From an uncultured Actinomycetes bacterium (GTDB lineage: Bacteria; Actinomycetota; Thermoleophilia; UBA2241), in contig CAVRZA010000001.1 of the NCBI GenBank assembly GCA_963725665.1, positions 448,001 to 512,000 on the forward strand: a stretch of 64,000 nucleotides of DNA. The letters are read 5' to 3'. A model generated the notes under the pieces. The model searched no databases. It saw only the letters and a list, made by a program, of their open reading frames with translations, and was not told the origin of the DNA. Positions within the stretch are counted from its first letter, which is position 1; each line of letters begins with the position of its first letter. This document shows positions 20,624-30,166 of this stretch, piece by piece. The position numbers were made by a program, and so were the translations under genes.

Positions 20624-20699
20624 GCCCTCGTAGCTCAGTGGATAGAGCACAGGTTTCCTAAACCTGGTGTCGTAGGTTCGATTCCTACCGGGGGCACCA
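20624..20699 (+). tRNA. tRNA-Arg(CCT)
   Basis: Full cloverleaf: GCCCTCG/CGGGGGC acceptor, CAGGT-TTCCTAA-ACCTG anticodon arm, GTAGG-TTCGATT-CCTAC T arm, encoded CCA. Confidence 0.97.
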
Positions 20700-20946
20700 G
20701 TTTTCCCCTGCATATGGCGATTTCGCCTTCCTGCTCGAGGCCTCATTCTTGGCCGAATCGGCAAGATTGCCGACATTTTGCCGACGAGACGCACGGCCAC
20801 AGCAGGCTACTGCAGGGCACGGGGCAGTATTGAAGGGCGCCGCGACGGAGTGAGAGCTCGTCTGGTTCACTACGGACATGGGTCGACTGAAGCGTGCGCC
20901 CGTCAAGGCGGCGCAACTTTGAGAGGGTCGTAGCCGTTCGCGGAGC

Positions 20947-21789
20947 CTACGAGGCCCGATCCTCCCGGACTCGCGCGCGCTGTACCTGCCGCGACCGCTC
21001 GTGAGCCCCCTGCCCCCGTCGCAGCAGGATGGCGGCCGGCACGACGGCGATGAGCACCCCCAGCGCCACGAGCTGGGCCTCGCGCAGCCCGAGGAAGAGG
21101 ATGACGTTGACGCGCTCGAAGGAGATGAAGAAGCGCCCCAGGGAGTAGAGCCCCAGATAGAGCAGGAAGGCCATGCCGTCGGTCTTCAGCCGCGGCATGG
21201 CCCAGAGCAGGATGGCGATCACAACCAGCAACCAGAGCTGCTCGTAGACCGGCGTCGGCTGCGTGGGGACACCGAGCAGGTTCGCCGGCAGCAGCGCATG
21301 CGGGTTCTTATAGACGAACCCCCAAGGGAGCTTCGTGGCGTAGCCCCAGGTGTCGCCGTTGATGATGTTGGCGCACTTGCCGATCAGCTGCCCGACTGGG
21401 ATGGCCAGCGCCAAGGCATCGAGCACGCGCAGGAAGGGCAGCTTCTTCCAGCGGCAGTAGATGAAGACCGCTAGAACGCCGCCACTGATGACGCCGTAGA
21501 TGGCCAGGCCGATGAGCTGCAGCGTCCAGAGCTGCCCCGGGTGGTGCCAGTAGAAGCCCAAGTTGTCGAGGATGTGGAAGAGCCGCGCCCCGGCGATGCC
21601 AAGCGGGATGGCAAGGAGCAGCATCCCGTAGACGTGGTCGGGGTCGATGCCACGCCGCCGCAGCTGGCGCGCAAAGACGTAGGCGCCGACGAGCACGGCG
21701 ATGGCCATGATGACGCCGTACCAGCGCACGGCGAACGGCCCCAGGTGGAAGAGGATGGGGTCGATGTTGATCGTGATGGAGCCGGTCAC
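20947..21789 (-). CDS. lgt: Prolipoprotein diacylglyceryl transferase
   Basis: IDPILFHLGPFAVRWYG, GARLFH and QPTPVYE; signature somewhat diverged (GKCANIINGD). Confidence 0.85.
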   Translation of the reverse strand: MTGSITINIDPILFHLGPFAVRWYGVIMAIAVLVGAYVFARQLRRRGIDPDHVYGMLLLAIPLGIAGARLFHILDNLGFYWHHPGQLWTLQLIGLAIYGVISGGVLAVFIYCRWKKLPFLRVLDALALAIPVGQLIGKCANIINGDTWGYATKLPWGFVYKNPHALLPANLLGVPTQPTPVYEQLWLLVVIAILLWAMPRLKTDGMAFLLYLGLYSLGRFFISFERVNVILFLGLREAQLVALGVLIAVVPAAILLRRGQGAHERSRQVQRARVREDRAS

Positions 21790-21838
21790 CGGGCAGTCGC
21801 CTCGAGCACTTCTTCCCCCCGACAGGTTTGGCTATTCC

Positions 21839-21857
21839 GAAAATGGTTATCAGTTTC
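21839..21857. promoter_or_regulatory. Putative Zur/Fur box
   Basis: AT-rich imperfect palindrome GAAAATG-GTTAT-CAGTTTC between divergent lgt and znuA, with a Fur-family gene in the operon. Confidence 0.55.
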
Positions 21858-21860
21858 AGC

Positions 21861-22784
21861 GTGGTTGCCAACCTGTCACGTCTACTCCATCGCCCTGTGC
21901 CCGGCGCGCTCGCCCTGTCGGCTCTCCTTGCGCTGCTTCTCTCCGCCTGCGGCAGCGGCACCTCGACAGCGAGCGGCGGCGGCAAGGTGAACGTCGTGGC
22001 CGCCGAGAACTTCTGGGGCAACATCGCCGCGCAGATCGGCGGCGGCCACGTCCAGGTGACCTCGATCATCTCCGATCCCAGCGCCGACCCCCACCTCTAT
22101 GCCTCCAACGCCGCCAACGCCGCCGCCGTGGCTCGTGCCCAACTCGTGATCGACAGCGGCGCCGGCTACGACACCTTCATGAACGATCTTCTGAGCGCCT
22201 CGGGCGCCCATCCCGCGGTCGTCTCGGCGCAAGCGGTTCTCAAGGTAAGCGGCGCCGACGCCAACCCCCATCTCTGGTACGACATCCCGCGGGTGCCCGC
22301 CGTCGCCGCCGCCATCGAGCACGCGCTGGCCCGTATCGACCCGGCCAACAAGGCCGCCTTCGAAGCCAACCTCGCCAAGTTCGATCGCTCGTTGGCCCCT
22401 GTGAAGGCGGTCATCGCAAAGATCAAGGGCAAGTACGGCGGCGCACCGGTCGCCTACACGGAACGCGTGCCCGGCTACCTGCTCGCCGACGCGGGGCTTA
22501 CGGTGGCCTCGCCGCCGGGCTTCGCCAGTGCCATCGAGAACGGCAACGAACCCGCCCCCGCCGACGTGCAGGCGATGAACACCCTGCTCAGCGGGCACAA
22601 GGTGCGTCTCCTTCTCTACAACGAACAGGCGGTGAGCGCGGTCACCCAGCGCGTCCGCTCGCTGGCGCAGCAGAACGGCATCCCCGTGGTCGGCGTCAGC
22701 GAGACCCTGCCGCCCTCCGATGCGAGCTACCAGGCGTGGCAGCTGCGCCAGGCGCAGGAGATCCTGCGCGCGCTGGGCGGCTAG
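21861..22784 (+). CDS. Zn/Mn ABC transporter substrate-binding lipoprotein (ZnuA-like)
   Basis: Lipobox LLSAC, DPHLY and NPHLWYD; start approximate. Confidence 0.9.
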   Translation: MVANLSRLLHRPVPGALALSALLALLLSACGSGTSTASGGGKVNVVAAENFWGNIAAQIGGGHVQVTSIISDPSADPHLYASNAANAAAVARAQLVIDSGAGYDTFMNDLLSASGAHPAVVSAQAVLKVSGADANPHLWYDIPRVPAVAAAIEHALARIDPANKAAFEANLAKFDRSLAPVKAVIAKIKGKYGGAPVAYTERVPGYLLADAGLTVASPPGFASAIENGNEPAPADVQAMNTLLSGHKVRLLLYNEQAVSAVTQRVRSLAQQNGIPVVGVSETLPPSDASYQAWQLRQAQEILRALGG

Positions 22785-22808
22785 CGTCGTGGCGCGGGAC
22801 GGGAAGCT

Positions 22809-23637
22809 GTGCGGAGAACGGAGGTCCTTCTGCGCCTACGTGGCGCGACGTGGCCTTCGGCGCGCGCACACTCTGGCAGGGCCTCACGCTGGAGGTCCGC
22901 CGGGGCGAGTTCCTGGCCGTGCTGGGACCGAACGGCTCGGGCAAGACGACGCTCCTGCGCGTCCTTTTGGGGCTGCAGCCCCTGGCCGCCGGAACGGTCG
23001 AGATCGCCGGACAGCCTCCCCATCGCGGCGACCCCCGCGTCGGCTACGTGCCCCAGCAGCGCGCCTTCGACCGCGACCTCCCCGTGCGGGGGCGTGATCT
23101 CGTTCGCTTGGGCCTCGACGGACATCGCGCGGGCTGCCCCTTCGGCGCAGAAGCGTGCGAGCGCGCGTCGATGCGGCGATCTGGCTGCGGTCGGCGCGGC
23201 AGACTACGCCAACGCCCCCATCGGCCGGCTCTCGGGCGGCGAGCAGCAACGACTGCGCATCGCCCAGGCGCTGTTGGGAGATCCGCTGGCGCTGCTCTGC
23301 GACGAGCCGCTGCTCTCGCTCGACCTCGCTCACCAGCAGGCGATGACGGCGCTCCTCGACCAGCGGCGGCGCGCGCCGGTACGGCCATCGTCTTCGTGAC
23401 GCACGAGATCAACCCCATCCTGCCCTACGCCGATCGCGTGCTCTACCTCGTGGGCGGCCGCTGGGCGGTGGGCACGCCCGAGGAGGTCCTCACGAGCGCG
23501 CGCTTGAGCGCCCTCTACGGCGCCCCCGTCGAGGTCGTTCGCCTGGGGGACGCATCCTGGTGGCGGCGGCGGACGAGAGCGACTACACCGAGCCCGAGGG
23601 CCACACCCACCACCTCGAGCAAGGGCGCATCACGTGA
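22809..23637 (+). pseudogene. Metal ABC transporter ATPase (ZnuC-like), several frameshifts
   Basis: GPNGSGKT, LSGGEQQR, LLCDEP and VTHEINP fall in different frames. Confidence 0.85.
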
Positions 23638-24509
23638 GCCTGGGCTCCTACCTGCAGCTGCCGTTCGCACAGCACGCCCTGCTCGCGGGCGCCCTGGTGG
23701 CGGTCACCTGCGGCCTCATCGGACCCTTCGTCATCACGCGCCGCATGGCCTTCGCCGTGCACGGCGCCAGCGAGCTCGCCTTCACCGGCGCCGCGGCGGG
23801 GCTCCTGGTCGCCGGCGACGCCGTCGCCGGCGCGCTCTGCGGCGCCGCCGTGGTCGCCGTCCTCATCGGCGTCCTCGGCGTGCGCGAGCACGAGCGCGAC
23901 TCGGCCATCGGGGTGGTGCTCGCCGCCGGCCTGGGCCTCGGCGTTTTGCTCTTAAGCTACTACCACGGCTTCGCCACGGCGGCCACCAACATCCTCTTCG
24001 GCGACATCTTCGGCGTCAGCAATCACCAGCTCGTCCTGCTGCTGGCGATCGGCATCGCCGTGGTCGTCGTCATGGCGGTCATCTACCGGCCGCTGCTCTT
24101 CGCCTCGGTCGATCCCGAGGTGGCCGTGGCGCGCGGCGTGCCCGTGCGCCTGCTGGGGCTGGTGTTTCTCTTCGTCTTGGCCTTCACCGTCACCGAGGCG
24201 GCCCAGGTCGTCGGCACGCTGCTCGTCCTGAGCCTGGCCATCACCCCCGCCGCTTCAGCACAACGTTTGGCGACGAGCCCCTTCGCCGTGTTCGGCCTGT
24301 CGATCGGCTTCGCCTTGATCGCCGCCGACGGCGGCATTCTCGCCAGCCTGCAGAGCAGCACCGTCAAGCCGAGCGTCTTTGTGACCGGCATCAGCTTCGG
24401 TATCTACGTGCTCGCGCGCCTTCTCGGCCCCCGTCTCAGGGGACAGCGGCGGGTGGTACCATCGGCAGTGGAAGGAAGGGAGACTCATGGACAGCAAGCA
24501 ATCTCCTGA
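23634..24509 (+). CDS. Metal ABC transporter permease (ZnuB-like)
   Basis: RRMAFAVHGASE, ILFGDI and DPEVAVARGVP. Confidence 0.9.
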   Translation: MSLGSYLQLPFAQHALLAGALVAVTCGLIGPFVITRRMAFAVHGASELAFTGAAAGLLVAGDAVAGALCGAAVVAVLIGVLGVREHERDSAIGVVLAAGLGLGVLLLSYYHGFATAATNILFGDIFGVSNHQLVLLLAIGIAVVVVMAVIYRPLLFASVDPEVAVARGVPVRLLGLVFLFVLAFTVTEAAQVVGTLLVLSLAITPAASAQRLATSPFAVFGLSIGFALIAADGGILASLQSSTVKPSVFVTGISFGIYVLARLLGPRLRGQRRVVPSAVEGRETHGQQAIS

Positions 24510-24957
24510 TCAAAGCCGAGCAAGGACGACCCGACAGGGCGAGGCCGTGCTGCGCACCGCCCAGTCATCGGAGCTCTTCCGCAGCGCGCAGGACATCCAC
24601 GCCGAGCTGCGCGCCGCCGGCGAGTCGGTCGGGCTGACGACCGTGTATCGTCATCTCCAGTCGCTGGCGGATGACGGTGTCCTTGACACCCTGCGGACGG
24701 GCGAAGGCGAGCTCCTCTACCGCTGCTGCCGTATGGACGAGCATCACCACCATCTGGTCTGCGAGAGCTGCGGCCGAACGACCGAGATCGAGGGCGCCGA
24801 CATCGAGCGCTGGGTCGAGAAGGCAGCGGGCAAGCACGGCTACACGAGCACGAGTCACACCCTCGAGATCTTCGGCCTGTGCGCAGCCTGCCATGAGAAG
24901 GCAGTCGCAGAGGGAGCCTCTTTCCACGGTGTCGACTCTGGCAGGAACGCCAGGTAA
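24487..24957 (+). CDS. Fur-family regulator (Zur-like)
   Basis: GLTTVYRHL, HHHHLVCESCG and GLCAAC. Confidence 0.9.
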   Translation: MDSKQSPDQSRARTTRQGEAVLRTAQSSELFRSAQDIHAELRAAGESVGLTTVYRHLQSLADDGVLDTLRTGEGELLYRCCRMDEHHHHLVCESCGRTTEIEGADIERWVEKAAGKHGYTSTSHTLEIFGLCAACHEKAVAEGASFHGVDSGRNAR

Positions 24958-25073
24958 CACGCTCGGGTCGGACGGCCATCGCTCGGACCGCCAGCTCGAA
25001 GAGTGCCGATCTGGAGAGTTTCGTGCTGGGCCGTGAAGTGCAGCGCCGCCTCGAGTGCCTGGACCGACCTCGG

Positions 25074-25328
25074 CTACGTCCCGGCGAACACCAGCCCCGC
25101 GATCAGCGCCGCCGCCTCCTCCTGCATCGCCGGGATGGCGTGCGAGTAGGTGTCGAGAGTGATGGAGACGGTGGCGTGGCCGAGGCGCTCGGAGACGACC
25201 TTGGGGTGTACGCCGGCCTGCAGGGCGAGGGTGGCGTGCGTGTGGCGCAGGTCGTGCAGTTGGATGCTCGGCGCCGCCTTCTTGACTGCCTGCCCGAAGA
25301 AACGACTCGACGACCTCGGGGTGCGGGG
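25074..25328 (-). repeat. Integrase A 3' tail #1
   Basis: ..LHDLRHTHATLALQAGVHPKVVSERLGHATVSITLDTYSHAIPAMQEEAAALIAGLVFAGT*. Confidence 0.95.
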
Positions 25329-25447
25329 CCTGGCCGTCCTCGTGTGTGAAAGATCACCTCCTTCTTCGACGGCAGCGCTGCAACGGCATCAGCGGGTCGA
25401 CGGCGGGGGAAGCTTGTCGTACGAGATGCGATCAGAGGAGGACAAGC

Positions 25448-25801
25448 ATGCCACTGCAGAAGAAGAGTTTCGCTTCGCCGGATGAGGTGCGGCCCATGGC
25501 CGACAAGGGTCGCGTCGAGATCCTGCGGGTCGGCGATGGCGTCGTTGGCAAGGCTACGTTCGAGCCCGGTTGGCGCTGGTCGCAGCACGTCAAGCCGATC
25601 GCCGGCACCGACAGCTGCCAAGCGGCCCATCTCGGCTATGTCCTCTCCGGGCACCAGAAGGTAGTCATGGACGATGGCAGCGAACTCGAGTTCGGCCCCG
25701 GCGACGTGGTCGCCATCCCTCCCGGCCACGACGGCTGGGTCCTCGGTGACGAGCCCTGCGTCCTGCTGGACTTCGCCGGCATGGAACACTACGCGAAGTA
25801 G
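25448..25801 (+). CDS. Cupin-domain protein (copy 1)
   Basis: PGWRWSQHVKP, CQAAHLGY and IPPGHDGWV; GAGGAGG upstream. Confidence 0.85.
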   Translation: MPLQKKSFASPDEVRPMADKGRVEILRVGDGVVGKATFEPGWRWSQHVKPIAGTDSCQAAHLGYVLSGHQKVVMDDGSELEFGPGDVVAIPPGHDGWVLGDEPCVLLDFAGMEHYAK

Positions 25802-25825
25802 GGGATGGCGGAGACCAGCGCGTGA

Positions 25826-25905
25826 GCGAGGCGCTCTGAGACGACCTTGGGATGCACTCCCGCCTGCAGGGCGAGAGTGGGGTTCGTGTGGCGCAGGTCG
25901 TGCAG
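25826..25905 (-). repeat. Integrase A internal fragment #2
   Basis: LHDLRHTNPTLALQAGVHPKVVSERL; lacks the stop-proximal part. Confidence 0.85.
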
Positions 25906-26154
25906 GGCGGGGCGCACCTCCGCTAGCCGCTACCTCGCCGGCGTCGCGTCGGTAGCGTGTCGGCCGGATAGGGAGAGCTACTGCACGTCGCGCCACTCTT
26001 CAGTTTCCGACACGATTTGAAGACCTGTGACCGCGACCGACACACCATCACGGCTGGGGCAACGCCGAGAGAGGATTTCCTTAGTCCGGTTCTGGCAATC
26101 AATCGTGGAAGCGCCGCGGTCCAGACGGCGAGACGATAACGAAGGAGGCACGCC

Positions 26155-27564
26155 ATGGCGACCCCGGCTCGCTCGGCGCTCGATCCCCTCTCGGAGTTCG
26201 AGGCCGGCTTTCATGGCACCCTTGTGCCCCCCGGCCAGAACGGCTACGAGGAGGCGCGCGCGGTATGGAACGGCATGATCGACAAGCGCCCGCGCGCGGT
26301 GGCACAGTGCAGCGACGTCGAAGACGTCGTACGTGCAGTCGATTTCGCCCGCCGCTACGGCTGGCCCCTCGCCGTACGCGGCGGCGGTCACAACGTCGCC
26401 GGACTGGCGACCTGTGAGGGCGGGCTCGTGCTCGATCTCTCGGCGATGAACGGCGTCGAGGTCGACTCCCAGACCAGGCGGGCGCGCGTCCAAGGCGGCG
26501 CGATCTGGCGGGACGTCGATGCGGCGACGCAACCGCACGGGCTCGCCGCATCGGCAGGGCTGGTGTCGCAGACCGGTGTGGCCGGCCTCACCCTCGGCGG
26601 AGGCATCGGCTGGCTGCGCCGCAAGTACGGCCTGAGCTGCGACAACCTCCTCTCCGCCGAACTCGTGACCGCCGCCGGCGAGCGCGTGCACGCGAGCGAG
26701 CGTGAGAACCCCGAGCTGCTGTGGGCTCTGCGCGGCGGCGGCGGCAACTTCGGCGTCGTGACAACCTTCGAGTTCGCGCTGCACCCGGTGGGCCCCGAGA
26801 TCGCCTACGCGCTGGTCTTCTTTGACGGCGCGCAGACGGTGCAGGGCCTGCGCGGCTTTCGCGAGCTGGCGCGGTCGCTGCCTGACGAGATCGCGCCAGT
26901 CCTGTTCACGGGAGCCGTGCCAGAGGCCGAGGGCATCCCGGCCGAGATCGTGGGCAAGCCCATGCTGGCCGCCGCCGCCGTGTACGTCGGCCCGCCCGAG
27001 GAGGGCGAGGAGCGGCTACGCTCGCTGCGTGACCTCGCCACGCCGCTGGCGGACCTAAGCGGCCGCATGCCGTACGTCGACATCCAGCAGTTCCTGGACG
27101 AGGACTACCCGCGTGGCCGCCGCTACTACTGGAAGTCGGCGACCATCGGCGAGTTGAGCGACGAGGTCATCGACATCGTCGCCGACTTCGCGGCGCGCCA
27201 GCCCTCGCCCATCAGCACCATCGACGTGTGGCTGATGGGTGGCGCCCTGCGCCGCGAGCCGCCGGGCGGAGCCGCCTACAGCGGGCGCGAGGCGGGCTTC
27301 CAGGTGAATCCGGAGGCCGACTGGGACGACCCAGCGATGGACGACGCCAACGTCGGCTGGGCGCGGGGCATCATCGAGGCGTTGAAGCCGCACACGGTCG
27401 GCACGTACCTGAACTTCCCCGGCATGCTCGAGGAAGGCGAGCAGCAGCTGCGCCTGAGCTTCGGGCCGCACTACGAGCGCCTCACCCAGGTCAAGCGGCG
27501 CTGGGACCCGGACAACCTGTTCCGACTGAACCACAACGTCCCGCCAGCGACCGCGGCACCCTGA
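26155..27564 (+). CDS. FAD-binding oxidoreductase (BBE/VAO family)
   Basis: RGGGHNVAG, GLTLGGGIG, GGGGNFGVV and KRRWDPDNLF. Confidence 0.92.
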   Translation: MATPARSALDPLSEFEAGFHGTLVPPGQNGYEEARAVWNGMIDKRPRAVAQCSDVEDVVRAVDFARRYGWPLAVRGGGHNVAGLATCEGGLVLDLSAMNGVEVDSQTRRARVQGGAIWRDVDAATQPHGLAASAGLVSQTGVAGLTLGGGIGWLRRKYGLSCDNLLSAELVTAAGERVHASERENPELLWALRGGGGNFGVVTTFEFALHPVGPEIAYALVFFDGAQTVQGLRGFRELARSLPDEIAPVLFTGAVPEAEGIPAEIVGKPMLAAAAVYVGPPEEGEERLRSLRDLATPLADLSGRMPYVDIQQFLDEDYPRGRRYYWKSATIGELSDEVIDIVADFAARQPSPISTIDVWLMGGALRREPPGGAAYSGREAGFQVNPEADWDDPAMDDANVGWARGIIEALKPHTVGTYLNFPGMLEEGEQQLRLSFGPHYERLTQVKRRWDPDNLFRLNHNVPPATAAP

Positions 27565-27788
27565 CGCGCGAGAAGCCGAGCGGTCATGATCCGCGCATGG
27601 GCGCGGGGCCATTCCTCGATCCCTGAGGAGGATCGACCGAGGCCGAGGGGACGAGTCGCTGGGATCTTCGCGCCCACCGTGCTGCGTCGTCGATAGCTGG
27701 AGCTGCGCTGGAAGCGATGGAGGCGGCCCTCCGCGGCGAGTGCGGGTTCTGGTGGGGAGAAGCTGTTGGACGGGCTCACGAGCGCGTC

Positions 27789-27876
27789 TCAGCCCTGAGC
27801 GAACACCAGCCCCGCGATCAGCGCCGTTGCCTCCTCCTGCAGAGCGGGGATGGCGTGGCTGTATGTGTCGAGGATG
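27789..27876 (-). repeat. Integrase A 3' tail #3
   Basis: LDTYSHAIPALQEEATALIAGLVFAQG*. Confidence 0.92.
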
Positions 27877-27942
27877 CTCTGCACGGTCCGGCGGGAAGAA
27901 ACGAGGAGTTGGCCAAGGTCCATGCTTGGCCAGGAGGGCGAC

Positions 27943-28860
27943 ATGACCCGCTACGAGATCATCGAGGCGCCCAGCGTCCTCGGCCTCTTTCCCAAGGGCG
28001 TTGAACACCTCCCCCAGGCCTTGCTCGATGCCGGGCTCGTGGACCGGCTGGCCGCGGCCCGCGGACCTCTGGTCACGCCGCCTGCCTACCACGGCGAGCG
28101 CGACGCCGAGAGCGGCTTGCTCAACGCGACGGCACTCGCCGACTACGCCCGCGCGCTGGCCGATGAGGTCGGTTCCGTGCTATCGAGGCGCGCGTTCCCG
28201 ATCGTGCTCGGCGGTGACTGCAGCATCCTGCTGGGATCGCTCCTGGCGCTGCGCCGGCGCGGACGCTACGGCCTGCTCTTCCTCGACGGCCACGCCGACT
28301 TTGCCCATCCCAGCGAGGAGCCGTCCGGCGAGGCTGCCTCCATGGACCTGGCGCTGGTCACCGGCCGCGGCCCGCGCGTCGTGGCAGATATCGACGGTTG
28401 CGGTCCGCTCGTGCGCGACGATGACGTCGCGCTCCTCGGCTACCGGGTCTTCACGGATGGCACCGATCGGCACCTCGGCACGCACGTGCGCGACACGGCC
28501 ATCCTCGTCGACGACCTCAACGACATCCGTCGTGACGGCTTGACTGCCGCCCTCGAAGCGTCTCTGGCGCGAGTCGCGCGCGACGACCTCAGCGGTTTCT
28601 TCGTGCACCTCGACGCGGACGTCCTCGACGATGCCGTCATGCCTGCCGTCGACTACCGCACCCCCGGCGGCTTGCAGTTCAGCGAGGTCGCGCGGATCGT
28701 GAGCGCGGCACTCACTACCGGCAAGGCCGTGGGTCTGGAGCTCACCATCTTCAATCCGGCTCTCGACCCGGACGGCTCGCTCGCACGCGAGCTCGTCGAT
28801 ATGCTCGTCGCCGGGTTGAGCGCAAGCGACGCGCACCAAGGGGGCGCGTTGGGTCGATGA
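27943..28860 (+). CDS. Arginase/ureohydrolase-family protein
   Basis: LGGDCS, DGHADF and HLDADVLD. Confidence 0.88.
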   Translation: MTRYEIIEAPSVLGLFPKGVEHLPQALLDAGLVDRLAAARGPLVTPPAYHGERDAESGLLNATALADYARALADEVGSVLSRRAFPIVLGGDCSILLGSLLALRRRGRYGLLFLDGHADFAHPSEEPSGEAASMDLALVTGRGPRVVADIDGCGPLVRDDDVALLGYRVFTDGTDRHLGTHVRDTAILVDDLNDIRRDGLTAALEASLARVARDDLSGFFVHLDADVLDDAVMPAVDYRTPGGLQFSEVARIVSAALTTGKAVGLELTIFNPALDPDGSLARELVDMLVAGLSASDAHQGGALGR

Positions 28861-28890
28861 ACTGACCTTGAGCGGCGCGGTCGGTACCTA

Positions 28891-28977
28891 CTAGTCCGCG
28901 AACACCAGCCCCGCGATCAGCGCGGCGGCCTCCTCCTGCATCGCCGGGATGGCGTGCGAGTAGGTGTCCAGGGTGAT
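28891..28977 (-). repeat. Integrase A 3' tail #4
   Basis: ITLDTYSHAIPAMQEEAAALIAGLVFAD*. Confidence 0.95.
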
Positions 28978-29003
28978 AGGACGCGAACCCGGTGCGTCGG
29001 GCA

Positions 29004-29859
29004 CTAGGGCGTAACGCTGGACCCTAGAGTTCCGGAGGAGTCCGAAACGGCGCGGCGTCCTCTCGGGCGTGTGCTAAACGTCTCGAGCACGAGGGCCAGG
29101 GCGATACCGCCGACGAGTCCGCCCAAGAGCCCCACAGCAGCAGCGGTCTTGGGGCGCGGTGCGTAGGGCCCAGCCGGCGCGGTCGCAGGCAGCACAATCG
29201 TGGTAGTCGCCCGTCGCCGCCTCCGCCGCCTTGGCAAGGTCCTGCAGCCGCGCCTCAAGAGCGAAGTAGTCGGGCGAGCGCCGCGACTGAGGCGAGGAGA
29301 ACGCCTTCAGCCTCTCCCTTATGACCTTCTGGGCGTTGGCGATTTGAGCAAGCTGCTGGTCTCTGCTCAACTCGACGATGGCCCGGCCATAGGCGTTGGC
29401 TACGTCGGCAGACTCTGCCGCACTGGGACTCGTCGCGGAGAGGTTGAGCTGATTGACGACCTGACCGTTGTAAATGCTTGTGGCACCGCCGCCGACCAGT
29501 TCGGCAGAGACCCGGTAGGGTAGGCGCGGAGTGCTGCCGAGGATGCGCTCTGCCCTTGCGACAACGGCGGGATTCGAAACGATGCCAGCGGCGCTCGTGT
29601 AGAGGGCGGGCGCCGGCGCAGCCTGGGGCGCGGGCTGCGACGCGGGAGTGATGAATAACGGGTTGCGGGGGACCATCGGGGGCTGGTAGATCATGACGAC
29701 GGTCGCCCGGTACATGGGCGTCTCTCGCAGCGCCAGACCGTAGGCGCCGAGAGTGGCAAGGGCCGCCACTCCAAGCACGGCCCACTTCCAGCGCCACAGC
29801 ACGCGTGGGAAGCCGCGGAAGCTCAACCCTTCTGGCCGGTCCCTGGTACCCTGCGCCAT
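29004..29859 (-). pseudogene. Wzz/polysaccharide chain-length-regulator-like protein, frameshift near 29200
   Basis: N-terminal TM plus TPMYRAT; C-terminal PYAPRPK plus Gly-rich TM in another frame. Confidence 0.65.
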
Positions 29860-30166
29860 GTGCTTCTCCTGCGGAGGCTCTCGTAGCAGTGTACCTCATC
29901 GCGAATCCGTGGAGGCGGTGAAGGCTGCGCGACGTCTCCTTGTCAGGCGCGCTCTGGCCTGTGCAGGTTCACCCGGCCCGACGAGGAGCGGCCTCGCGGC
30001 GACGCCGGAGGGTCTTCACGCCACGGTCACCGCAACCGTGGCGGCGCCGGCTAGCGCACGGTACCAGCGCGTTGCCGGCCCACTCTCCAATCCCAAGTCT
30101 GGAGACCGCCGCTGTGGGGGACACCCCGGTCAGCGTCGCACCGCGTCGTCCTTGTGGGGGAACGGC

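Noticed and set aside
25085-25155. attC-like hairpin in the tail core (CGAACACC...GGTGTCG)
   Set aside because: An imperfect stem can be drawn, but changes in other copies (#3 TGTGTCG, #11 GAAGACC, #15 GAAGAGC) are not compensatory, there are no RYYYAAC/GTTRRRY boxes, and coding constraint explains the conservation. Folding against codon-shuffled controls would settle it.
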